Shown one piece after another: positions 24,880 to 32,236 of a stretch of DNA of 33,224 nt. This DNA is from Acidobacteriota bacterium (GTDB lineage: Bacteria > Actinomycetota > Actinomycetes > Actinomycetales > Micrococcaceae), in NCBI GenBank assembly GCA_019352125.1, contig JABBNV010000002.1:4823-38046 (forward strand), written 5' to 3'. The notes beneath the pieces were generated by a model, which was not told where the DNA came from, ran no database searches, and was given only the letters and a program-made list of their open reading frames with translations. The position numbers were made by a program, and so were the translations under genes. How positions within the stretch are numbered: the first letter of the stretch is position 1; the number at the start of each line of letters is the position of its first letter.

Positions 24880-26145
24880 ATGACGGCTGCACAAATCTCG
24901 GTGGATCCTGACGCCGCAAAACTGACGGCGCTCAAGCGGATGAAGCGTATTGCCCTGGCGCTGTTGATAGTCATGGCCATCATCTTCGTCTTTTCCTTTG
25001 CTTTGCAGCGGCAATACCCGTGGCTCGAGTATCTGCGCTCTGCTGCCGAAGGTGGCATGGTTGGTGCGCTGGCCGACTGGTTTGCCGTAACGGCTCTGTT
25101 TAGATACCCTCTGGGCCTCAAGATTCCGCACACGGCCATCATCCCGAACCGGAAAAATGAAATCGGTGCCAGCCTCGGCGAGTTCGTGGAGGCGAACTTC
25201 CTCTCTGAAGAAGTAGTCACCGCCAAACTGGCGAGCGTGGGCATTGCCGCGAAAATTGGCGCGTGGCTGACCAAGCCGGAAAGCGCCCAACGGGTGGCCA
25301 CGGAGGGCTCAGCAGCCATACGCGGCGTTGTTGCAGTCCTCAATGACGATGACGTGCGGGACGTGATCGAATCCATGGTGCGCAAACACCTGCTGGATCC
25401 CCCGTGGGGCCCCCCGGTGGGCCGAATGGCTGCGCAGATTTTCGCGGATGGGCACCATACACAGTTGGTGGATTTGTTGGTGGACCGGGCCGAGGGCTGG
25501 GTTGCCGCCAATCGGGATGTGATTGCAGGTCTAGTTTCGGACAGGTCACCGCACTGGGTGCCGAACTTCGTAGACGGCCTAGTGGGAGACAGGGTCTACC
25601 TGGAGTTGGCGAATTTTGTCCGCGCCGTGCAGCTGGATCCGCATCATCAAGTCCGCCAGCAGATTGATCACTACCTGCTGTCACTGGCCCAGGATCTGCA
25701 ATCGGATCCGCTGATGATTGCCAAGGCCGAATCCATCAAGGAGCAATTGCTGGACGACCCACGGGTACGTGAGTTGGCGGGCCGGACCTGGGACACCGTC
25801 AAGACAGCGCTGATGACCGCTGTCGACGATCCAAACAGCCAATTACGCATGAAATTTACGACGGCGGTTCAAGAGTTGGGAGCCCGGCTGGTGGCGGACG
25901 CTGAGCTATCCGGCAAGGTCAATGCATGGATTGGCGATGCTGCGGCGTACCTGGTGCGCACCTACAGACACCAGATAGCCAGCGTCATCACCGAAACCGT
26001 GGAACGTTGGGACGCCGAAGAGACCAGTGCCAAGATTGAGCTACAGGTGGGCAAGGACCTGCAATTCATCCGCATCAACGGCACGGTAGTGGGCTCATTG
26101 GCCGGGCTGGCCATTTTTACCGTGGCCAACCTGATCTTCCCATAA
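24880..26145 (+). CDS. DUF445 domain-containing membrane-associated protein
   Basis: 421 aa with an N-terminal TM, then ...ADWFAVTALFRYPLGLKIPHTAIIPNRKNEIGASLGEFV..NFL, typical of the DUF445/YjiN-like family, and a C-terminal TM. Confidence 0.8.
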   Translation: MTAAQISVDPDAAKLTALKRMKRIALALLIVMAIIFVFSFALQRQYPWLEYLRSAAEGGMVGALADWFAVTALFRYPLGLKIPHTAIIPNRKNEIGASLGEFVEANFLSEEVVTAKLASVGIAAKIGAWLTKPESAQRVATEGSAAIRGVVAVLNDDDVRDVIESMVRKHLLDPPWGPPVGRMAAQIFADGHHTQLVDLLVDRAEGWVAANRDVIAGLVSDRSPHWVPNFVDGLVGDRVYLELANFVRAVQLDPHHQVRQQIDHYLLSLAQDLQSDPLMIAKAESIKEQLLDDPRVRELAGRTWDTVKTALMTAVDDPNSQLRMKFTTAVQELGARLVADAELSGKVNAWIGDAAAYLVRTYRHQIASVITETVERWDAEETSAKIELQVGKDLQFIRINGTVVGSLAGLAIFTVANLIFP

Positions 26146-26155
26146 CTCCTTTTGG

Positions 26156-27025
26156 CTATTTTTGGCGGACTCGGGACGCCGCGATCTTGTCGATCTGATC
26201 CTTGCTCAACTGCACCAGTCCCGGGAACTTCTTGCCACCAGTCTTGTCCAACTCTGCCTTGAGCTCCTCCGGCCATACCTCTGGTGCTGGCCCAAACGCT
26301 AGCTTGGTCTGGTGCACCACGGCCCGGCCCATCAGTAGGTTCCCAACGCCACCTACCACTGCCCCGATGCCGAACGGGATGGCCCGGCCCACAATGGCGC
26401 CAGTCTCCCGCATCATGAATCGCCTCAGGAATGCCTTTTGGAGGCGTCCGCTCAGACCCTTCAACACCGTTCTGGGCATGCTGGTTCCAACAGCCTTGCC
26501 CCAATTAGTCAGCGGGGAGGTTCCTCTACCCGCAGCGTGGCCGGCGAATCCCTCCACCATGGAGGCGCCTTCTTCGCCAAGCATCACTGCCATCACTAGT
26601 GCGGAGGAACGCTCCGGATCGGCTAACCGCACGCCGTGAAGCTCAGCAATGGACTGTGCGTAGAGAGCGGTAGTTTCCAGGAAGACCACCGTGGCCGCTG
26701 CGGAAATACCCAGCGACGCAACGGTCCCCAACCCGGGAACAATCGCGGTGGCGCCAATGGCAGCACCTCCACCGGAGACGGCACGGAGAAAGTCTTTTTC
26801 AATCCGTGCACTGAGTTCGCCGGGAGTGGCGTGCGGGTATCTGCGGCGCATTCGGCGAAGGTTGGCCAGCACCACAGGGCGCTGCACCTCAACAGCCCTC
26901 AGCATTGCATTGCCCAGCGCAGGCTTTGGCTTTCCATCTGCATCAAACGCCACGTTTGCAGCAATCTTGATGGCAGGGTTGATCCTTCCGGACTTTCTCT
27001 TACTCAGTTCCTTTGCCATGACCAC
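26156..27025 (-). CDS. conserved hypothetical protein with Gly/Ala-rich hydrophobic segments (function unknown)
   Basis: 289-aa ORF with codon bias like its neighbours. It has a basic N-terminus, two Gly/Ala-rich hydrophobic stretches (GGGAAIGATAIVPGLGTVASLGISAAATVVFL; AIPFGIGAVVGGVGNLLMG) and a Lys-rich C-terminus. I could not assign a family with confidence. Confidence 0.6.
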   Translation of the reverse strand: MVMAKELSKRKSGRINPAIKIAANVAFDADGKPKPALGNAMLRAVEVQRPVVLANLRRMRRRYPHATPGELSARIEKDFLRAVSGGGAAIGATAIVPGLGTVASLGISAAATVVFLETTALYAQSIAELHGVRLADPERSSALVMAVMLGEEGASMVEGFAGHAAGRGTSPLTNWGKAVGTSMPRTVLKGLSGRLQKAFLRRFMMRETGAIVGRAIPFGIGAVVGGVGNLLMGRAVVHQTKLAFGPAPEVWPEELKAELDKTGGKKFPGLVQLSKDQIDKIAASRVRQK

Positions 27026-27148
27026 CTCAACATTTGGGTACGGCCTCAGCCTAGGCCAAAGGCATCTGCCACACCCAACTTTTCCACCAGCTCACAGCCT
27101 GCTCGCCGCCTCTTTGCCGCTCGGATATATCTCAGGCCACGCTGGTTT

Positions 27149-27388
27149 TCACCGCAGCTTCAACCTCGACTTTGCTCCGAAGAGTCGGGATTTGCTGAGC
27201 GCAAAGAGCTTCTCGAGGATCAGCACAATGAGCAAGACCATGAAGCCCAGCGTCAGCAAGTGAGTGTGCACCACTGCCTGTTGGGTATCCTCCGTGAAGT
27301 GCTGCGCCTTGGCGTGCTCACGGTAAAACAATCCTGAAAGTACGCCCAGTATCAAGTGGGCCAAGGAAGAGTAAAACCGTTTCTTCAC
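27149..27388 (-). pseudogene. DUF2871-like membrane protein, N-terminal half only (probable truncated remnant)
   Basis: The 79-aa ORF MKKRFYSSLAHLILGVLSGLFYREHAKAQHFTEDTQQAVVHTHLLTLGFMVLLIVLILEKLFALSKS.. matches my recollection of the first two TM helices of DUF2871 proteins, which are about 130-140 aa. The reading frame then ends. Local GC is visibly lower than in neighbouring genes. Confidence 0.45.
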
Positions 27389-27528
27389 GGCAATCCCTAT
27401 GTCTCATCAGGCCCATTTGGGCCACTGATTTATGTCTAGGAATCAGTGCGGGTGGGCGGCTCAATCATTTGATTGGCTTGGGCATAACCCTTTGGCTCGG
27501 CTAACCCGCTGCGGCTAGGCAGTTGCAG

Positions 27529-28176
27529 CTAGTCCGCGGGCACAAATGCGTAGGGGACGTGCCCGGTCAGGAAGGCTGCAGCATCCCTCAGCTCCGCCGC
27601 ACCCAATCGGTGGCCCACCCCGGTGTACGTGGCAGCGGTTAGTTCCGTATTTTCCTCCAACCAATTTGCGGTGAAGTCTACCGCGTCCGGATTGATCACT
27701 AGATCCGCCACATCCCTGCCCCAAAAGAACGGGATTTTTGCCTCCAGCGGCTCCATGGCGGCCAACAGATCATTCTTCAGGACAAATCCAGACAGCCCGA
27801 CGGCGGCGGTAAAGGCTTGCGGGCGCAAACGCAACAGTGTGGTGGCCATGGCCATCCCCTGGGAATACCCCAGCAGGGATATGGAGGAGAAGCTGTGCCG
27901 TGCCATGGCTGTGTCCAGCCAGGACAGGGTTGCCGACGCTACCTTGACGACGTCGGCAAAGTCATTGTTGAGGAAGTAATCCAGCAAAAACCAGCCATAG
28001 TCCCCGGAAATCTCCAAGGGAGCCCTCAGCGCCGCGCATGTCATCGCGGATGGCATGGAGCTGAAGATGTCCGCCATCCTCTGCTCACTGGTTCCGTAGC
28101 CATGCAGCATCACCAAAAGCGGGGTCTGATCCCGCGCCGATTCATCCTTGGACCACTGCACAATCGTCACCAGCAC
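27529..28176 (-). CDS. alpha/beta hydrolase, phospholipase/carboxylesterase family
   Basis: 215 aa with LLVMLHGYGTSE, the nucleophile elbow LLGYSQGMAM (G-x-S-x-G), and later acidic and His residues (..GRDVADLVI.., TYTGVGHRL). GTG start. Confidence 0.8.
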   Translation of the reverse strand: MLVTIVQWSKDESARDQTPLLVMLHGYGTSEQRMADIFSSMPSAMTCAALRAPLEISGDYGWFLLDYFLNNDFADVVKVASATLSWLDTAMARHSFSSISLLGYSQGMAMATTLLRLRPQAFTAAVGLSGFVLKNDLLAAMEPLEAKIPFFWGRDVADLVINPDAVDFTANWLEENTELTAATYTGVGHRLGAAELRDAAAFLTGHVPYAFVPAD

Positions 28177-28232
28177 AGCTTCTCACGGACGGCACGTTGC
28201 GCACCTCGCTTTCTATGGGGTAGCGTTTGTAT

Positions 28233-28303
28233 CTGGTACCAAGTACCCCAAGTACTGCTGCTCCTGCCGAGCCCCCCAATATCGGCAGGAGCAGCTTCTT
28301 TTT
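28233..28303 (+). ncRNA. candidate small RNA with C-rich loops (hypothetical; 5' end inferred)
   Basis: Candidate promoter TTGCGC (28197-28202), 18 nt, TAGCGT (28221-28226). An approximately 70-nt transcript would contain a small hairpin AGTAC-cccaa-GTACT (28242-28256) and the terminator hairpin with loop GCCCCCCAATA. No coding ORF fits. Confidence 0.3.
28257..28303 (+). terminator. canonical intrinsic terminator with no upstream plus-strand gene
   Basis: 14-bp perfect GC-rich stem (28257-28270 GCTGCTCCTGCCGA pairs with 28282-28295 TCGGCAGGAGCAGC), an 11-nt loop containing CCCCCC, then TTCTTTTT (28296-28303). There is no U-tract on the opposite strand. Confidence 0.8.
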
Positions 28304-28378
28304 AACATCTCATTAGCCGCCAAAAAGCCCTCTGGCAGGCTCTTATGAAGGGTGTCTACGCGGCCACGAATTATGGTC

Positions 28379-28384
28379 TAGAAT
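28379..28384 (+). promoter_or_regulatory. candidate -10 element (TAGAAT) for the MHS transporter gene
   Basis: TAGAAT lies 83 nt upstream of ATG 28467, with no good -35. It is followed by small hairpins CCTTCC-ggtatagt-GGAAGG and CCCGG-ag-CCGGG in the putative leader. Confidence 0.3.
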
Positions 28385-28466
28385 CACCTTCCGGTATAGT
28401 GGAAGGCCTGCCCGGAGCCGGGTGGGTAAAAGTCACACGCAAATGACCTCCATGGGAGAAGCCCAA

Positions 28467-30044
28467 ATGCCGAAAGACCGAAGCACTACACAGATCAACG
28501 AAGCGGCTATGCCGCCCGGAAAGCCCGGTAAAAGCCGGTTGCCACGCTTGAAAAAGCGCCGCTTGGAAGCGGACCACGTCAATGTGGTTGATAAGCCCCT
28601 CTTGAAAAAAGCTCTTGGCGGAACAATCGTCGGAAACACCATGGAATGGTACGACGTCGGAGTCTTTGGCTACCTCATCACCACCATGGGTCCGGTCTTT
28701 CTGCCCGAATCAGACCCCGCGGTTCAGAAGCTCTTCCTGCTCGGAACCTTTGCCGCCACCTTCATCGCCCGTCCCCTGGGTGGAATCGTCTTTGGCTGGC
28801 TGGGAGACAAGGTGGGCCGCCAGAAGGTGCTGGCCACTACTTTGCTGCTGATGGCCGCCTCCACCTTCCTGGTTGGGTTGTTGCCCAGCTACGCCATGAT
28901 TGGCATCTGGGCAGCCGTACTGCTAGTAGCACTGAAACTTGTTCAAGGCTTCTCCACGGGTGGCGAGTATGCAGGTGCCACCACGTTTGTGAGCGAATAC
29001 GCGCCGGACAAACGCCGCGGATTCTTCGCCAGTTTCCTGGACATGGGTAGCTATATCGGTTTTGCGATTGGTGCCTCACTGGTATCCATTCTGCAGATCA
29101 CTCTGGGTCAGGACGCCATGGAAGCATGGGGCTGGCGCCTGCCGTTCCTCATTGCTGGCCCCCTCGGTGCCATTGCCGTCTACTTCCGATCCAAGATCGA
29201 AGAATCTCCCCAGTTCCAGGCAGCTCTGGATCTGCAGGAAGAGGCGTCTTCCGCTGCAGCGTTGACCGATGCAGAGGTAGCCAAGGGCCCGCTGGGGCTG
29301 GTCAAGGCGTACTGGCGCCAAATTGTGTTGGCCATGATTCTTGTTGCTGCCGCCAACACCGTTGGTTATGCCCTCACCTCTTACATGCCTACCTATCTGA
29401 CCTCTGCCAAGGGGTACGACGAGTTGCACGGTACGGCGCTCACCATCCCCGTGCTGGTGATCATGTCCTTGTGTATTCCGCTCACCGGGCGGCTCTCGGA
29501 CAAGATTGGCCGCCGCCCCGTGCTATGGGTCGGTGCCATCAGCACCATAGTCCTCTCCATCCCAGCGTTCATGCTGATCGGCATTGGCGACATCTGGTCT
29601 ACCCTGTTGGGGCTGGCACTGGTGGCCTTCCCTGTCACCTTCTACGTGGCCAACCTGGCTTCCGCTTTGCCGGCCATGTTCCCCACCGCCAGCCGTTACG
29701 GTGGCATGGGCATCGCCTACAACTTTGCGGTAGCGATCTTTGGCGGTACTACACCGTTCATCATTCAGGCCCTCATTGATGGCACCAACAATGACATGAT
29801 GCCCGCGTACTACCTGATGGCCACCTCATTCGTCGGAGCCATTGCCGTGTACTTCCTCAAGGAATCAGCTGGCCGACCGTTGCCGGGCTCCATGCCCAGC
29901 GTCTACGACGAGGCAGAGGTTGAGGAGCTGGTTGCCACGCAGGATGCGAATCCTGACCTGGACCTGAATGAAATGCCGTTCGACGAAACCTATGAGCCGG
30001 CCACCCCGGCAGAAGGTATTCCCGAAACGAAGATTTCTGCCTAA
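28467..30044 (+). CDS. MFS transporter, metabolite:H+ symporter (MHS) family, ProP-like
   Basis: GNTMEWYDVGVFGYL is an MHS signature and GWLGDKVGRQK is an MFS motif. There are 12 TM segments and an acidic C-terminal tail. ATG 28467 has a GGGAGA SD 7 nt upstream; the ORF opens at 28422. Confidence 0.85.
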   Translation: MPKDRSTTQINEAAMPPGKPGKSRLPRLKKRRLEADHVNVVDKPLLKKALGGTIVGNTMEWYDVGVFGYLITTMGPVFLPESDPAVQKLFLLGTFAATFIARPLGGIVFGWLGDKVGRQKVLATTLLLMAASTFLVGLLPSYAMIGIWAAVLLVALKLVQGFSTGGEYAGATTFVSEYAPDKRRGFFASFLDMGSYIGFAIGASLVSILQITLGQDAMEAWGWRLPFLIAGPLGAIAVYFRSKIEESPQFQAALDLQEEASSAAALTDAEVAKGPLGLVKAYWRQIVLAMILVAAANTVGYALTSYMPTYLTSAKGYDELHGTALTIPVLVIMSLCIPLTGRLSDKIGRRPVLWVGAISTIVLSIPAFMLIGIGDIWSTLLGLALVAFPVTFYVANLASALPAMFPTASRYGGMGIAYNFAVAIFGGTTPFIIQALIDGTNNDMMPAYYLMATSFVGAIAVYFLKESAGRPLPGSMPSVYDEAEVEELVATQDANPDLDLNEMPFDETYEPATPAEGIPETKISA

Positions 30045-30064
30045 CTCAGGACTTTTTGACCCGG

Positions 30065-30118
30065 CTTTACGAAGCCCGGTGCGCGCAGAATATCTCTGCA
30101 TGTACCGGGCTTCGTAAG
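30065..30118. terminator. nested inverted repeat between convergent genes (probable U-tract-less bidirectional terminator)
   Basis: 14-bp perfect outer stem (30067-30080 pairs with 30104-30117). The 23-nt interior holds a second 5-bp hairpin, GCAGA-atatc-TCTGC. It lies between the MFS stop (30044) and the SDR stop (30157). Confidence 0.55.
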
Positions 30119-30156
30119 TTAACAGCCGCTATGTACGTAGTCGGCCGTGCCGTTGG

Positions 30157-30915
30157 TTATCGTCCGCGCCGGCCCACCGCTGCGGCCAGCCGCGGGGGCA
30201 CAATCTTGGATAGGGCGATCACGGCTTTATACCGCCGCGAAGGAATGGACACGGCGCGGTGTGATTGCGCGTCCGCGAGCGCTTCAGAAACCACCTGCGG
30301 AGCATCCAGCCACATCCAATGGGTAATGGTCTTGGTGTTGGCAGACATCCGCTGATGAAATTCAGTGTGCACAAAGCCTGGGCACACCGCGGTCACGTTC
30401 ACGCCGCGCGGCCCGTACTGGAGATTGGCCCACCTGCTGAAGCTAATCACCCAGGACTTTGCTGCCCCGTAGGTACCCCGCGGAATGAAACCGGCAACGC
30501 TGGCCACGTTGATGATGCTGCCACTCCCCCGTTCCAGCATGGGTGCCAGGGCTGCGTGCATCAGTTCCATGGGCGTCTGCACCAAAATGCGTAAATGGTC
30601 CAGTTCATCCTTGAGCTGGTTTTGTTCAAATGGTTTCGCTAGGCCAAAGCCCGCGTTGTTGATGAGCAGCGTGACCGGATCCGTGGTGTCCGCAAGCCGC
30701 GCTGCCACCGTGGCAACGCCGTCGTCCGTGACCAAGTCAGCGGTCAAAACTTCCACCACAACCCCAAACTCCGCCCGCAAGCGAACGGCCTTGGCCTTCA
30801 GCCTCTCGTGGTCTCGGGCCACCAACACCAAGTCATGGTGGGACTGCGCCAACTGTTGTGCGAACTCCGCGCCGAGCCCGGAAGTGGCACCTGTGATCAA
30901 GGCAATTTTCCTCAT
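30157..30915 (-). CDS. SDR family oxidoreductase
   Basis: MRKIALITGATSGLGAEFA (TGxxxGxG), NNAG, and catalytic Y..AK (TYGAAKSWV). The start is at 30915 or 30924. Confidence 0.85.
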   Translation of the reverse strand: MRKIALITGATSGLGAEFAQQLAQSHHDLVLVARDHERLKAKAVRLRAEFGVVVEVLTADLVTDDGVATVAARLADTTDPVTLLINNAGFGLAKPFEQNQLKDELDHLRILVQTPMELMHAALAPMLERGSGSIINVASVAGFIPRGTYGAAKSWVISFSRWANLQYGPRGVNVTAVCPGFVHTEFHQRMSANTKTITHWMWLDAPQVVSEALADAQSHRAVSIPSRRYKAVIALSKIVPPRLAAAVGRRGR

Positions 30916-30942
30916 GACCCCCATGCTACTCAGCTAGGCTGA

Positions 30943-31932
30943 GTGCACCAGCGAGGGAGCATGATGAACGTCAATGATGACGCACACGTTGAAATTCTAG
31001 AGATAGCCGACGACGGCGTTGCGCGCGCGCAGGCACAGTCACCACTCGTAGAGCGTCCGGAGGCCAACCCGTACGTGATTGCACTGTGGGTACTGGCCGC
31101 CGCAGTTTTGGCTGGGGCCGTTGCCTCCGCCGCTGGGGCTGCCCTCACGCAAACCGGCGTAACCTACGGCAGCTCGGGGGGCCGGCCCACCATTTCCTCC
31201 ATGCCCTGGTATTGGTTCCTGTACCCACTGGCGAACACTTTGCCCGCGCTGGCCGCGCTGCTCTTAGGGACTGTGCTGGCACTCCACGCAGTACGGTCGC
31301 GATGGCCCAGGGGAGGACCGGGCACCCCGGCTCCGCAGCCCCTACATTCACGGGTGCTGGCCAATACTGCGCTGTGGGCCATCGTGGGAATCGCCGCAGC
31401 GGTGGGTTTCATTGGCATGAACGGAAAGTTCCAGTACTTCCTGTTTCAACTATCCTTGCGACTGCCCAACGCTCCTGCCCGTGTGGACCTGATTGCACCG
31501 TGGAGCGAAGTGTTTGACCCACTCGCCGGTTCGGCGTTTGCCGCAGCATTCTTGCTTGCGGCACTGCTGTTGGTCCGCTCTGCCTGGAACTGTGACAGCC
31601 GCAGCCTTCGAACAACTGCCCCAGTTGCGCATCGTTCTTCGCTATTTCTAATTGCGATGACTGTGGTGGCGCTGGCGACTCTGGCAATAGCGGGTGTGGC
31701 CGCCAGCGCTGCTTACACCTACCGGGTCTCAACCCTGACTCACATTATGGGGCCCAACCGAAACGTCGAGCCAGCACCCTTTGGCGCATTTCTCATGCCC
31801 GCGGCCGGCCCACTATTGCTGGCCGGTCTAGCCCTCAGCGTTGCGTGCATATTCCTCTGGCTGCATATTGCTAGGCGCCCGCAGCATCCGCATACTGGGC
31901 AAACTCCGCCGGATGCTGCTGAACAAAGCTAG
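30943..31932 (+). CDS. hypothetical polytopic membrane protein (function unknown)
   Basis: 329-aa ORF with about 7-8 hydrophobic helices and an acidic N-terminal cytoplasmic segment. No family recognised. The exact start is uncertain (M1, M7 or M8). The 3' end overlaps the convergent GNAT gene. Confidence 0.5.
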   Translation: MHQRGSMMNVNDDAHVEILEIADDGVARAQAQSPLVERPEANPYVIALWVLAAAVLAGAVASAAGAALTQTGVTYGSSGGRPTISSMPWYWFLYPLANTLPALAALLLGTVLALHAVRSRWPRGGPGTPAPQPLHSRVLANTALWAIVGIAAAVGFIGMNGKFQYFLFQLSLRLPNAPARVDLIAPWSEVFDPLAGSAFAAAFLLAALLLVRSAWNCDSRSLRTTAPVAHRSSLFLIAMTVVALATLAIAGVAASAAYTYRVSTLTHIMGPNRNVEPAPFGAFLMPAAGPLLLAGLALSVACIFLWLHIARRPQHPHTGQTPPDAAEQS

Positions 31933-32191
31933 CCACAAAGGGGCAGCTCGGCACAATCCGCTTCCCGGAAGCCACCACGTCATCCAAGGCGTAGCGCACC
32001 AGTACCTTCGCCAGCCCGGCACCCTGGTAGCCCGGCAAGGTCTCGGTGTGAACAAAGTCAACGTGTCCTGGAGCGTCCGTGTAGTCGGCAAAAACGGCCA
32101 GCGTTCCGGCCACCGTCAATTCGTATCTGTGCAGCTCATGGTTGTGACTTACGGCGACGTCAGTGTGGAAGCTTTCACTAGTTTCACTCAT
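31871..32191 (-). CDS. small GNAT-like N-acetyltransferase (YjdJ/Acetyltransf_CG type)
   Basis: 106 aa. ...HRYEL.V.G.LAVFADY......VDFVHTETLPGYQGAGLAKVLVRYALDDVVASGKRIVPSCPFV..F matches the single-domain GNAT pattern. Confidence 0.7.
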   Translation of the reverse strand: MSETSESFHTDVAVSHNHELHRYELTVAGTLAVFADYTDAPGHVDFVHTETLPGYQGAGLAKVLVRYALDDVVASGKRIVPSCPFVASFVQQHPAEFAQYADAAGA

Positions 32192-32236
32192 GTCCGTAGC
32201 TTTGCACTGCGGCGCGGGGTTGTCGAGGGGGTGCCT

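Noticed and set aside
28233-28303. Calling the candidate sRNA a bona fide 6C RNA.
   Set aside because: Only one loop has six consecutive Cs and the first hairpin is weak (5 bp, AT-rich). The neighbouring genes are also not those I remember flanking 6C. It is kept only as a '6C-like class' hypothesis pending a covariance-model search.
28148-28348. A 66-aa plus-strand ORF spanning the orphan terminator.
   Set aside because: It starts inside the hydrolase coding region on the opposite strand, has no SD, reads straight through a 14-bp hairpin and T-tract, and has an implausible composition. The terminator is better explained by a non-coding transcript.
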